DNA from: a virus
Taxonomy: Duplodnaviria; Caudoviricetes
DNA: 64,000 bases
Reading direction: 5' to 3' (one strand)
Virus record (IMG/VR): IMGVR_UViG_3300028591_000139
Coordinates: 1-64,000 of that record
A model generated the notes under the pieces. The model had not been told where the DNA came from and did not search any database. It saw only the letters and a program-made list of their open reading frames with translations. The position numbers and the translations under genes were made by a program. Positions 19,601 to 29,100 of the stretch are shown piece after piece. Position 1 is the first letter of the stretch; each line of letters begins with the position of its first letter.

Positions 19601-20805
19601 TCGTCTTCTATACCAAGATACTCATCTAAAGTTTCTATCATTCCTCCCTCAGTTACAATGTCTTTTATTGGGGCGAAATATACCATAGCAACAGTAACAT
19701 CATTTTTAGCTTTAGCCTCAAAAAAATTCTCAAGATTTATACCATTTGCTTTATTTCTAGCAGTAGAGCTTAACATTTTATCTCTATATTTGCTAACGAA
19801 GGCTTCATAAGCATTTTTAACTGATGTAATATCTGTTTTTTCCTTTTCATTTATAACTAGTTCTTGTATTTCCGGACTATTAGATGCTTTTCTTTCTGAA
19901 ATTCTATCAACATGCTTAAGTAGTTTAATTAGCTCTATAATTTTAGGCATTGGCGGTTTTTTACCATTTACACCATCTAATGTAAATCCTCTATTTTTCC
20001 AATATTCATCACCAAGATAGTCAGAATATGGCGCAGCACAAAGTATGTTGAACATTACATCTCCTAAAAATGAGAAGTAATAGCCAACAAATTTTGCAGT
20101 ACAATTGAAATTGCCTGTTTTTGAATCAAATCTTGCCCTAAAATCAGCACAAGTAAGCTCATATGATACCGGTTGTCCATAAAAACCCTTTACCATCAAT
20201 GTGAATTTTGGATATGGAAACGTGAAAAAGCATTGGAAAAATGTATTTGAAATATCAACATCCGCATCTTTTACTCCAGCTCCAAAATCTCTTAATCTTG
20301 TCTCATATGCTTCTTTTTGGGCAAATAAACTAACGCCACGTATATCAACAAATTCTATTGTTACTTCTGGAACCATATAATTATTATATGAGAGGTCTAT
20401 AGATGAAATTCCAAAAGTTTCAATACTCGGTCCTTTCTTTTTTAAATCACCAAGAAATATATCTGTATAATTTGTGGTTAAATAATTTACATAATCTTTA
20501 TTTTTAGCCCCATTCCTATTAATTGGTATTTTAGTGCCTTGAAGAATGTTTATTTTAGTTTTACCAGATATATCAGTTTCATAACTTAAAGATAGTGTAT
20601 TAACATCTTCTTTAGTTCTTATGGTTCTACCTCTTATTTCTACGTTTAAATTAACGTAAATACTATAATCCTCTGCTGGCGGTATAAACTCATATGTGTT
20701 TATACCGTTAGTACCACGCATATCAGTAGAATAAGTATAATTTGGCTCAACGTAAACAATATTATTTTGTTGGGTTATAGTGGTTTTGTTGATTTCTTTT
20801 GCCAT
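13675..20805 (-). CDS. Giant baseplate hub/tail-associated lysin with GH108 muramidase and C-terminal NlpC/P60-CHAP-like domain
   Basis: 2376 aa in the tail module; SEGGYAGN..TNKGVT and FLNGWLSRL (GH108/PG-binding-3); RDCTGFVSAC...HAEIYAG (Cys-His peptidase). Confidence 0.75.
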   Translation of the reverse strand: MAKEINKTTITQQNNIVYVEPNYTYSTDMRGTNGINTYEFIPPAEDYSIYVNLNVEIRGRTIRTKEDVNTLSLSYETDISGKTKINILQGTKIPINRNGAKNKDYVNYLTTNYTDIFLGDLKKKGPSIETFGISSIDLSYNNYMVPEVTIEFVDIRGVSLFAQKEAYETRLRDFGAGVKDADVDISNTFFQCFFTFPYPKFTLMVKGFYGQPVSYELTCADFRARFDSKTGNFNCTAKFVGYYFSFLGDVMFNILCAAPYSDYLGDEYWKNRGFTLDGVNGKKPPMPKIIELIKLLKHVDRISERKASNSPEIQELVINEKEKTDITSVKNAYEAFVSKYRDKMLSSTARNKANGINLENFFEAKAKNDVTVAMVYFAPIKDIVTEGGMIETLDEYLGIEDDANQALSALIDAIDEYNSRSARYRKIDAPKDKSSWWAMGNRIMALSDLSTPDSTWGNKWGGSIKREGDTDSVILPSIYIRPNRNQEGKAYIDWNGKENIIPDIIKRNIESYIAKNNEAEINEYLCDSDGNGGYQAGYVFYTPVANVISEIMSLETKSEKELLEDIEKIKSSAVERYLGWKTGVENMTKIVMAHFETLAYLIFKTGYDISNKNPRRTLQSLNVVNPDDISDVPTNIKESYVPPFPKVTKVNNHNGQYIREETWVGEYHSPEFLEVELVHGLINGVNEVARAWNTSGETKEIHDEESLTQLMSNGAVTTKMPYPLSSLDLIASAKPYGEHDTNEISSVLGLVALRAIQILYISSFDFTTDYAKDLGAIELLNYIDSVGSIPGEMTQRLKSVNSLDFLSMLNGEESDTIHKPTNGHWPWEFNNENDKIVDGNIVTIFNTVGKSEDYERAANESSFPGINDNGDSFEIDLTVFPYQNLSWNMFSNDSVDSNISMGSEDYVNSSSVSSFAKKNIFTVDTNIQRIGMICKNQFEGHSDISGLEKIWNHFTSHLENKIDYDEDEYREKCINGLVGDFLYSRLSFIIEKPDKIELTKNSGLLPLSSSLAKRLSENEKGISLNKIIGFGYDMDRFNDDEPGLGVNGFGGVSRNWYYDKSMSSEGGEEHGPEVRRISMSGSASSYFYKHLNDSNITITEFYGVNNRCEVLKNVSLFGELLYYKQKTDYAKAFLFLCSLGDVYNYNEISRDYICNEFVPAFVIPLASVMFFGGIIYYNRNKDAFWNIDLGEYRNIGLRISNLSEQVQTRLMDVFMTWVTDGLDGCPAIRSFNEIKAGLELTIKSESKFESIEDFFQKLGNPRDGERWINNAGYDSLLELYGYTFTDSFFENYMCVHHICSDHSTKQEYDNFIEAWNAANNGDSSRNSGEIGSIYNGTKGMRLGNRDNAYCVMDAVDFALAGCLFMKNTSFFNEEKSKIIINKSELSDFFDGFISKIDEVKVGQDFKLANIAAPPENTTNDIKIGIYKYLKLLYDKWLAGMSKEEFEENWTFERFFERDDKYFHFIDTFYNIVGFMPINIGHFIDTAISCFSTDSQYSILSFLSNVYAHNKFNFLCLQNFIDLSKPENMKSMFNLVPYTEIVSAKTTPNFVVSYVNEPSSHLDIEGSEYENDSFMINEMWNDRNKWPEPLKSKSVGMAEGYRIPAFGVSYGKMYQSYFSDISVGMDNPVVTEQSIKAQYQIASQAVEGESPNDKANLVTYGQDLYAVYSNNSYTCEVTMMGCAWVQPLMYFCLTNVPMFRGTYLIQKVHHYITPGNMVTKFTGTRMANTSTRIAKDSGFYKEFPNNEKGSVDINGGLGSSSAENLIASIDNDCPYKVYPLSNSYDFLTNGSRNMQDIISEIKFSEGGYAGNIDGQVCTNKGVTLATFRSHFGKDKTCSDLKNITEEQWMTVFIEDFWKKTRASEMKNTSIAHIIIDWCFNSGPGIGIRRVKHNILGLKDDAVATDDFINAINSRDSKELFGEIYQAREVFYRNLANKPDKAKFLNGWLSRLKRIKYTEDIGQASEEQKPLNEQPMQIEGNGDKHISDVATNFVNALSRTCEESSVNIKVGIDESKSSGNTVYITNATTANNTFSKVFDVIVNGYGNCISGVKWVVGNNMDISSEPIAYLVTVKESSTYFKIHMVSESDLNKNLNISVNGETEVNSQVPLMLQDVNQTSTSNLAEKYTTVDLNKVNVVDKLNSVGGNINKNFCKVIRKKYKSYSNVVVSDTDGTLSEENAKKIFNNKDYELKDCYTAINEAGLSSYSSSNDNSKWAYIVKTMGQWYATNIHEYNSGDTEYTGTLENVGKVRRDCTGFVSACLRAYGVKNLVWGSCNFAYPGDNGIKMMKDGGFDMLTFNNVDELKAQLRPWDIVAVNNTSNCSKNNNGNQRHAEIYAGDGKSYSWGSVHDTAKGGLPCKMGSHKFVVIWRCREIGPVA

Positions 20806-20817
20806 ATTTATAGTTTT

Positions 20818-21138
20818 TTAAACCAATCCGTATAATTCTTCATATACATCTATATCATTATTATATCCTGCAAGTGCCACATCTAATGGATATGGTATTC
20901 TTATTTTAGACCCATTTGGTATTTTAAACTCAAAAGAGCCATATTCAGGATTTGCTTGTAAAATAAGCCAATCAAAGCCAGAATCGCCATAAAATTGATA
21001 AGATAATAAATCTAATCTTGTTTTACCAACCTCATAATAAGTATAATAATCTGTATTTCTTACTGGTATTGGTATAAATGGAACATGTAATAATTGTCCA
21101 TTTCTTCTAAATTTAAAATATCTATCGTATAATGCCAT
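20818..21138 (-). CDS. Baseplate wedge LysM-like protein (gp53/P2 gpX-like)
   Basis: RLDLLSYQFYGD..WLILQANP..IPNGSKIRIP. Confidence 0.75.
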   Translation of the reverse strand: MALYDRYFKFRRNGQLLHVPFIPIPVRNTDYYTYYEVGKTRLDLLSYQFYGDSGFDWLILQANPEYGSFEFKIPNGSKIRIPYPLDVALAGYNNDIDVYEELYGLV

Positions 21139-21153
21139 AATGTTTTAAATTTT

Positions 21154-24100
21154 TTATTTTCTTGGTGTAAATGGCGCAAATTTAGTCATATCACCATTTT
21201 CATTATATTGAGCCAATTCTGCCCTATCATCGTAAACCTCAGTATTAGCATAATAGTTAAATGATACAGCGTTTTGCAACCTTGAAATATGCCCTGCCAA
21301 GCTACTTCCTCCAATAAATGTAAACCTCATGCTCACATTGGCAAACATTGGCATAACTCCAATTCCTTCAGGATTTAAATCCCATTTCATTGCAGGTGAA
21401 TCATACTGAATTTGCAAAGAATTTATTAATATTTTAGTATAATAAAAATCTCCAATTCTTAATATACATACAGGTTGCCTTCCAAATGCAAGGTTATTTG
21501 CTGTGTTTTCTTCCCTAGCAAAATCAGTATTACTAATAGTTGGCCCTTGCCTTGTGCATTGCTGCAAGAAAGTTAATCTTGCATTAAATCCTTCAGGACT
21601 TACAGAATGGAAAGCCGGGTCAAAATATTTAACCTTATCACTTATTTTATGATGTAAAAATGGTTCTTCTTTTTCTAATAGAGTAAAGAATCTTGCCTCA
21701 TTATCATATCTCTTTACCTCATCATTTGTTCCAACCCTTTTTCCATCACGCACACTTAATAATGATTGTTCTACACTTTCTTCATTATTTTTGTTAAATA
21801 AACCTGTCACTCTATCTGTAATATATTTTGCGGATTCAGCAAAATCAAATGATGTATCATCAATTACTTCATTGCCATTTAAAATTTTCCCTAAAGTACC
21901 TAAATTCTTCGGGTCATTTAAAATACTACTATCATTACTAACTTCATATTGTATATTAGCGCTATAATCTTTTCCCCAATTAAAAGCCCTATCAATAATA
22001 GAAGTTTTTTCTTTTTTATTGGCTTTTAAAATATTTCTTTCATTACCCTCTGAATCAATAATTTTGGTTTCAATTAAACCATTTTGCACCAAATCAGATT
22101 TTTCCTTTTTAATATAAATTCTAACTTCAGTACTTCTCCATAATTTATTTTCCAAATCATTAACATTACCAGTATTTCCAACGGCATTGCCGCCAGTACC
22201 TCCTGTAACGAAGCTAATATTTTCAGACCCACATTTTTCTTTTATAATTTTATTGCTTGAAAGCCATCTTTTAATAACTCTTGCCCTATTTTTTTGAAGC
22301 TTTTCGTTTTCTTCAGTCATACCCTGTGTTGATGCTCTTCCAACACATTCTATTTTCTCTATGCCATTTTGTTGTATTTTAGCTAAAAACGAAGCTGCCC
22401 TTTCTTTATTAACAACATCAGACAATGTTTTATTATTTTCACTGCTTTCTAATGCAGAAAATGCATCCACAAAACTATAGAGTCTTTCTTTATCATCTAT
22501 TGAAAAGAATTCGGCAACTTGTTTTAAACCCTTATAAGAGTTAAGGCCAAAAGAAATCGAATCTATATAATTTTCCCTTTCTAATAGTTGATTTTTAAAC
22601 ATTTTATCAACTCTATAGAACCATTTTCGCTCCCACCAAACATTTGTTGAATCTCCTTCTTGAACATATAAATAATGCGCTTCGTTAGCACCACTATCAT
22701 ATTGTACTTTTCCTATATATAATGATTCATCTGCCTGTTTGCTTCTAGAAGATGCCAAACTTATAGGCTTACCTACTCTAACTTCATATCCTCCAATTCT
22801 TTTCTTGGAAGTACTGAAATCATATACGGGGGCAAATGGAACGCTATAATCAATTGTTCTTCCGCCTGTTAATATTTTAACACGCTCCTTACCTGCCCCT
22901 ACACCATTTATTAAATAATTAATGGGGAATTTTACATCCTTTTCATTGTCTATTCCACTATAGTTATTTGGGAAAAACACAAAGAATGATATGTACTCAC
23001 TTTCTGGAGACGGTATTTCAATATCTTCCTCAGCGGTCGGCTGCTCTTCTTCTTTTTCGGGTTCAGTTTTTCCCGTCAACATGTCGCATCCAGCAAAGAA
23101 TCTTAGTATTTCTTGCTCGGGGTCGTCAATGTTGTCTACAGAATCACTAACGCTTTTACCTCTATTTTCCCAATAGTTAAGAACTGATGGGTGGTCTATT
23201 AAAAGGGTAAATGATAATGTGCCAGTTCTATCTGTATTTGTATATGTATATATCTTTTCTCCCCTTCCAATAAAGTCAGAACCATGCCAATTAACATTCA
23301 CATCTTCGTTGAAATTGATGTTATAAGGAGGAAACCACATAATTCTTCCTCCAAATGGACCCTTTTGCTCCGGTGATAAACCAGACGTTTGATACGTTTT
23401 TCTTGATGATGCATCTGTGCTAAACATATCTTTCCACGCTAAGTTTTCTATTGAAAACATGCAATTTTTAATATCTACTTTCTTAGAATCATCACCATTG
23501 TCAATTGGTGTTATATTAACCAACCCATTGTCTTTGTTTATTACACCATATCTTTCAAGCCTCGACCTGCCATTTTCAAAACCCCACTTGCTTCTATTTG
23601 AAGAAAATGAGCTAAACCCATAGCTATTATATAAATCACTTTGGGAAGCATCAAACGGCCTTATAGCATCTTTAATCCTGCTGTATTGATGATGATATGT
23701 CCAAACTCTGCAATATGGATTCTCATATCCTTGAGACTTATCTGGTTCTTTTTTAAGCAAATTTCTTCCATGAGACATTCCATATTTTCCACTAACAGCG
23801 CTTTGCGTAATATCTCCTCCATGGCCGGCTTCTTCTTTATCCGTATGGAATCTTGAAATTATGGTCTTATAAAGCCCCTCTTTGAAATTATCATTTGTAT
23901 ATTTTAAAATATCTTTAGATGTTAAATTATTACTATATGTGGAATATTTACCAGCCCTAACGCCTGAATTAAAAGTGACACTTAATATATTTGGCGTGCT
24001 TCCATTTTCATTTTCCCCATAAACCCATAGTTCATTTCCATTAACCATGTTTGATGATTGGGGTAATGTACTAAAAATATATCTTATATTTTGTCCAGAT

Positions 24101-25011
24101 ATATTTTTTTGTATATCTTTAAACAAATAATTTGAATTTATATAAAGATTAGGATGCCCATCTATATTTGGCTTATATGCGTTTCTTAAAACGTTTTTTT
24201 TATAATAGGTTTTAGATTTATCACCCAAAGAGTTATAAAAGCCCTCATAAGCCCCTAAACGCTCTATATTGCCAAAATTATTATCATCCAAAGGTCCATC
24301 AACTGAAACTAACGGTCCTATTGAATTATCTTGGTATCTTCCATTTTCACTACTTAATTTATTGCTAATATAAATTATATCATTATCAATAATGCTTGTT
24401 GTTTTTAATCCAAAATATTCAGGTAACTTATTGGTAATAGAAAATGTTTGAGATTTTCTTTTATCATTATATTTAACTGAATTTTGTAAAGTTTCAAAAA
24501 CATGTATTTTATTAACATTACCCAAATGTGTATCTTCAAACGTATCATTTGGGTTTATTGATATATAATTGGCATCACCATTATTTGCAAAACCAAATCC
24601 AACACTATCTAATTCTACATATCCCACCCTTGAAGCATTTTCATCTATTGCAAATGTTTTTAATTCATTTATATTTTGAACGCTTAAAGTAGCTTCATAA
24701 ACATTTTTTGCATAATCTATATAGTTAGATGTGCTGCTTTTCAAATCATCAGAAATAAACCAGGGAACTCTAACTAAGGTGTTGTAGAAAGGATTTGACA
24801 TTTCACCAATTGGCGTACCAAACCCATCATATGTAAATTCAGTATTACCAATATTCCTATATAAATGTTCCATCATATAGACATAGCTTTTATTGCGTAA
24901 CCCAATCGGCATAGCCATTAAGTTAAGCAATGCATTGCTATTAAAAATATCGAATCCACTTCCGAATGCAATATTTTTATAATAATCTAAATTCTTATTA
25001 AATGATACCAT
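21154..25011 (-). CDS. Baseplate/tube-initiator protein with an inserted OmpA-like domain
   Basis: FIGRGEKIYTYTNTDRTGTLSF and PVCILRIGDFY..PMFANVSMRFTFIG segments; GRAS..ENEKLQKNRA..WRSTEVRI OmpA-like motif. Confidence 0.6.
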   Translation of the reverse strand: MVSFNKNLDYYKNIAFGSGFDIFNSNALLNLMAMPIGLRNKSYVYMMEHLYRNIGNTEFTYDGFGTPIGEMSNPFYNTLVRVPWFISDDLKSSTSNYIDYAKNVYEATLSVQNINELKTFAIDENASRVGYVELDSVGFGFANNGDANYISINPNDTFEDTHLGNVNKIHVFETLQNSVKYNDKRKSQTFSITNKLPEYFGLKTTSIIDNDIIYISNKLSSENGRYQDNSIGPLVSVDGPLDDNNFGNIERLGAYEGFYNSLGDKSKTYYKKNVLRNAYKPNIDGHPNLYINSNYLFKDIQKNISGQNIRYIFSTLPQSSNMVNGNELWVYGENENGSTPNILSVTFNSGVRAGKYSTYSNNLTSKDILKYTNDNFKEGLYKTIISRFHTDKEEAGHGGDITQSAVSGKYGMSHGRNLLKKEPDKSQGYENPYCRVWTYHHQYSRIKDAIRPFDASQSDLYNSYGFSSFSSNRSKWGFENGRSRLERYGVINKDNGLVNITPIDNGDDSKKVDIKNCMFSIENLAWKDMFSTDASSRKTYQTSGLSPEQKGPFGGRIMWFPPYNINFNEDVNVNWHGSDFIGRGEKIYTYTNTDRTGTLSFTLLIDHPSVLNYWENRGKSVSDSVDNIDDPEQEILRFFAGCDMLTGKTEPEKEEEQPTAEEDIEIPSPESEYISFFVFFPNNYSGIDNEKDVKFPINYLINGVGAGKERVKILTGGRTIDYSVPFAPVYDFSTSKKRIGGYEVRVGKPISLASSRSKQADESLYIGKVQYDSGANEAHYLYVQEGDSTNVWWERKWFYRVDKMFKNQLLERENYIDSISFGLNSYKGLKQVAEFFSIDDKERLYSFVDAFSALESSENNKTLSDVVNKERAASFLAKIQQNGIEKIECVGRASTQGMTEENEKLQKNRARVIKRWLSSNKIIKEKCGSENISFVTGGTGGNAVGNTGNVNDLENKLWRSTEVRIYIKKEKSDLVQNGLIETKIIDSEGNERNILKANKKEKTSIIDRAFNWGKDYSANIQYEVSNDSSILNDPKNLGTLGKILNGNEVIDDTSFDFAESAKYITDRVTGLFNKNNEESVEQSLLSVRDGKRVGTNDEVKRYDNEARFFTLLEKEEPFLHHKISDKVKYFDPAFHSVSPEGFNARLTFLQQCTRQGPTISNTDFAREENTANNLAFGRQPVCILRIGDFYYTKILINSLQIQYDSPAMKWDLNPEGIGVMPMFANVSMRFTFIGGSSLAGHISRLQNAVSFNYYANTEVYDDRAELAQYNENGDMTKFAPFTPRK

Positions 25012-25055
25012 ATTTTATAAAATACTGTTTTTAGTTAAAAAATAAATAATAAATA

Positions 25056-28000
25056 TTATTTACCAGCAGTTGCATATTGTTGCGTCTTATTATTCTGTTC
25101 TGACTCCATATTACGCTTACCACCGCCGCCTTGCACACTAAGTCTTTGAGTTATCAAATCTGTAATCTGACGCTTAAACTCAGGATTATCGAGTAATTTA
25201 GAAATGTCTAAATCTGCTGATTTGCCGCCACTTTCTAACTTTATAGCTCCACTAATATTAAGATTAACATCAACTGGAAAAGTATTTTTACTAACCGTTT
25301 GCTCTTTTACTCCATTATTAGAAGGCTTAACTCTTTGATAATTAACAGCTCTTTCTCCATTCTCCTTAACTATATAATATTTCTCCAAGCCATTCTTTCC
25401 GTTTAGCGATTGTTTAGGCTTATCGCCAATTAGCAATTGGCCAATCTCTAATTTAGGAATACGGCTTATCCTAATTCTCATTCTATTTTCATTATTTACA
25501 TTTAGCTTACCATTTTTAGCATACGAAGAAATATTTTTTGCTATGCCATTAGTGCCATTAAAAAGAGTATTGGCAATAAACCCAAATAAACCGCCACGAC
25601 CAGTTCTATCAAAGAAATCTTTTTCTGGTAATTTATTATCAATTGATATTAATACATTAATTACTTTATCTAAGCCTTCACACTCATAATCTGCCGAGGA
25701 TTTAATTTTCTTATCTTTATTCTTATTAACTCCAAAAATTCTACCAATATCTCTATTTCTTTTTGCTTCTCTTTCTTTATTAAGCATCCAAGACATTCCA
25801 AAGAAACCACTATTTCCAAAAATCTTGCCTTTAGCTAATTTATTATCAATAGATACTAAAATGTTAGCAATTTTATCTATACCCTCTCCTTCATAATCCT
25901 TAAGAGTTTTCTCTTTTTCCTTTTCTTTTTTCTTTTTATCTTCGTCGTTCTTCTTTTTCTTGCTACCAAATATACTACCTATTAAACCGATAGGGCCAGA
26001 TGCTATTGTTTTTACTACAGACAAAGCTCCCTTTCCAACTGATTTAGCAGCGGACCAAGCGCCTTTAGCTACTTTTCCAACGCCTTTTGCCAAAGGACCA
26101 ACTACGCCACCAACAGTCTTACCTAAAACGCCTCCCAATTTACTTCCAAGCCATCCGCCTATAACAGTACCAACTACTGGAATAGGTATCATTGTTCCTA
26201 ATATACTTCCAGCTATACCACCAGCAGTGCTACCAACACCTTCTCCAATACCTGCATTCCTTTGGTTTTGGATTTTTTCTATGGCCTTATCTTTCTCTTC
26301 TTTTGATAAGTTACTGCTAAGTATTGCATTCTTTTGAGCATTGTAGTTAGATATGGATGAAGAAATATCCATAGCGCCTCCAAGAACGCCTCCTGTTATA
26401 GCTAACGGTCCAGCACCTTTTAAGGCTTTTAAAGCAGTTCCTGCGCCTTTTAATGCCGTGCCGGCTGCTGGTGCTGCTTTTGATAAACCGCTAACAGCTC
26501 CTCCAATTTTTCCTGCACTAACTGCACTTCCAATTTTACCTGCATTGGCAGCTCCTCTGCCATAGCTACCATAACTGAGCGCGTCAGTTATGCCATAGTC
26601 ATCTCCAAATCCACCAATTAAGCCTCCGCCTAATGTTATAGCAGCTAACCCGCCAAGTCCCTTAAATTTACCGGCAATTTTTCCTATCTTACCTCCAATT
26701 TTGCCGCCAAATTTTCCTAACTTACCAAATTTGCCTCCAATCCATTGGCCAATGCTGGAGTTTTTAATCATGCTAAATCCTCTACTTAAAAGATTCATAA
26801 TAGAGGAAAAACCATTTCTAAGGAATCCAAACAAGCCACTCCATTTAGTCCTTATGTAATTAAATGTTGGAGCAAGCCCATCCTTAGCAAATTTAAACAC
26901 AGAGCTTAAGCCACTAGTAAATCTGGGGAACATAGTAGCAATACCGCTTGAGAATATTTCCCACATTTTCGAACCTTTTTCAGTAATTGTACCCCAAGCA
27001 GCGTGAGCTTTTTCTGAAAAACCTGTTAATACATCTTTGAACCTAGTACCTACATTTTGTACTGCCCCTTCTGCTTTCTTTTCTACCGTAGAAACCGCTT
27101 CTGATTGTTTGTTTTGTTTTTGCTTCTGTTTGAAATGCTCTGCCAAATTTTTTGGCTTTTTCATTATGCCACTAAAATTACCCCTTGGCATATCTCTATA
27201 AATGGCAGATAAAATCTTAACCATTTCTATTGGGGCCTGCCTTAGCATTTGCATTTGCTTAATCTGTCTAGAAACAAGTGTAGCACCTGCCATAGCTCCC
27301 AATGTTCCAGATACGCCCTTTCCTGACATTAAACTAAGGCTACCGCCAATTAAAGATAATGGGTTAGCAAGTGATTTAAGCATTCCAACGCCGTTTCCTA
27401 CCATTCCGCCCTTATCATACATTAATGGCGTTCTTCCATGTTCTTGGACAGTATTTATTGCGCTAACCAATGGCGCAGTTTTTGGATTTTCAACAGTTTC
27501 TTTATTAACAACAAACTCGCCTCTATGCACTATACCTGCAACATCATGTTTATCGCCATATCCGGTATATCCTCCCTTATCAAAGCCAAATCCTTCAGCC
27601 CCATGAGTTCCCATATCTATATTGCCAAAGAATCCTGATAAACCTTTAAGCATATCCCAAGGGAAGAAGCTTCCACCATTCATCCATCCTGAAACAAGCC
27701 CCATATACATATTTTGGAACTGTGCCAAGAATGCTTTTGCCTCTTCTTTTAGTCCTGCTATATTTTCTTTTGTAGAAGTCGTTCCTCTAGCACGGCCCAA
27801 AGTGTCTTGAAGAATGCCTTTAATGTCTTGAACATCGCTAAACAGCCCCTCTTCTGACATTTGTCTATCTTGAGCGACTGCCAATTGCTCTCTTGTAAGG
27901 TCTTCTATTTTTGAAGTTTGTTCTTCACCGTTTTCATCAAACCATGTTATTTGATGCTTACCAGTGGCCAAATCCACATTGTTTCTTGAAAGGTTGCGTA

Positions 28001-29003
28001 TTGCCTCTAGCTCTACTTTGCTAAACTTACCATAGTTGCCGGCATTCCTAAGTTCCTCATCTATTTTTTCATTTTGAGTCTTGGCCATTGCTGGTTCGGT
28101 TAACTTATCAACAGAAACACCAAGAGTTTTGGCCATTTCTTTCAATTGCATCATGGTTATAGGGTCAAATTTAACCTCACCAGTTTCTTTTTGATATGTA
28201 CCTTTTCCTGCAATTGTTTGTTCTACTCTATTCATGAATGCTTTGGGGTCGGCCATTGCCTCATACATAGCGCCCATAGGATTGCTAAATTGCATTCCAA
28301 AGCTTCCGCCAAGCATTTGAATTCTAGCAGAGTTAGATATAGCATCTTCAATATTTCCAAAGTTTTCAGAAGCATGAAGCATTGCTTCCATGTCCATTCT
28401 CATAGATGTGGCTTTAAGTGCCATCTGTTCAATGTCCTTAACGCCATTCTTGAAAGAATACATGGAGGCGGCTTTAATATTATTCTTAAATGTCTCAGTT
28501 GCTTTAGCAGAGCTAACACCCAGGGCTTTTGCCCTTGCTTGCATTCTTCCAACAGTAGCAGTTGCTCTTTCTAAGCCAATGCCTATTTTATCAAAACTAT
28601 TAATTAACTCAACAGCAGCAGATGAAGAACCAACAATTTTACTCAATGCAGCAGTCGCTTCTATCTGCTTTTGCGTAAGAATAATATTTCTACCTGTATT
28701 TTTAGCATATTCTTCTTGGAAAGAAGCTATTTCTTCATGAGAAATACCATAAGCCCTTGACAGAGCTTTTGTGTTATCCATTAAAGCTCTGGTATATTTC
28801 ATGGACATGTCTCTTCCCATGCCCATGGTTCTTGAGGTCTTAAATGCTGTATCTTGGAATTCTACCCATTTCCCAGTAAATTTATCGAATTTTCTTCCGA
28901 CATTACTAATAGCGCCGCCAAGAGCATTAAATACTCCGCTCACCATTTGTATTCCTTTACCAATTTTGCCTATTGCTCCTAATACTGTTCCAAATGCACC
29001 CAT
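25056..29003 (-). CDS. Tape measure protein
   Basis: 1315 aa, helical and Ala/Gly-rich with glycine-zipper stretches; GGYTG..AGIVHRGEFV motif; follows chaperone genes. Confidence 0.85.
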   Translation of the reverse strand: MGAFGTVLGAIGKIGKGIQMVSGVFNALGGAISNVGRKFDKFTGKWVEFQDTAFKTSRTMGMGRDMSMKYTRALMDNTKALSRAYGISHEEIASFQEEYAKNTGRNIILTQKQIEATAALSKIVGSSSAAVELINSFDKIGIGLERATATVGRMQARAKALGVSSAKATETFKNNIKAASMYSFKNGVKDIEQMALKATSMRMDMEAMLHASENFGNIEDAISNSARIQMLGGSFGMQFSNPMGAMYEAMADPKAFMNRVEQTIAGKGTYQKETGEVKFDPITMMQLKEMAKTLGVSVDKLTEPAMAKTQNEKIDEELRNAGNYGKFSKVELEAIRNLSRNNVDLATGKHQITWFDENGEEQTSKIEDLTREQLAVAQDRQMSEEGLFSDVQDIKGILQDTLGRARGTTSTKENIAGLKEEAKAFLAQFQNMYMGLVSGWMNGGSFFPWDMLKGLSGFFGNIDMGTHGAEGFGFDKGGYTGYGDKHDVAGIVHRGEFVVNKETVENPKTAPLVSAINTVQEHGRTPLMYDKGGMVGNGVGMLKSLANPLSLIGGSLSLMSGKGVSGTLGAMAGATLVSRQIKQMQMLRQAPIEMVKILSAIYRDMPRGNFSGIMKKPKNLAEHFKQKQKQNKQSEAVSTVEKKAEGAVQNVGTRFKDVLTGFSEKAHAAWGTITEKGSKMWEIFSSGIATMFPRFTSGLSSVFKFAKDGLAPTFNYIRTKWSGLFGFLRNGFSSIMNLLSRGFSMIKNSSIGQWIGGKFGKLGKFGGKIGGKIGKIAGKFKGLGGLAAITLGGGLIGGFGDDYGITDALSYGSYGRGAANAGKIGSAVSAGKIGGAVSGLSKAAPAAGTALKGAGTALKALKGAGPLAITGGVLGGAMDISSSISNYNAQKNAILSSNLSKEEKDKAIEKIQNQRNAGIGEGVGSTAGGIAGSILGTMIPIPVVGTVIGGWLGSKLGGVLGKTVGGVVGPLAKGVGKVAKGAWSAAKSVGKGALSVVKTIASGPIGLIGSIFGSKKKKNDEDKKKKEKEKEKTLKDYEGEGIDKIANILVSIDNKLAKGKIFGNSGFFGMSWMLNKEREAKRNRDIGRIFGVNKNKDKKIKSSADYECEGLDKVINVLISIDNKLPEKDFFDRTGRGGLFGFIANTLFNGTNGIAKNISSYAKNGKLNVNNENRMRIRISRIPKLEIGQLLIGDKPKQSLNGKNGLEKYYIVKENGERAVNYQRVKPSNNGVKEQTVSKNTFPVDVNLNISGAIKLESGGKSADLDISKLLDNPEFKRQITDLITQRLSVQGGGGKRNMESEQNNKTQQYATAGK

Positions 29004-29062
29004 TTTTTATTTATTAAAATATGCTAATTACAAATAAATAGAGATAATTATATTTTTTTTAT

Positions 29063-29097
29063 AAAAAAATGGAAACTAATTATTTTAGCTTCCATTT
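29063..29097 (-). terminator. Terminator between chaperone and tape measure genes
   Basis: AAATGGAA/TTCCATTT stem with adjacent A-run. Confidence 0.5.
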
Positions 29098-29100
29098 ACT

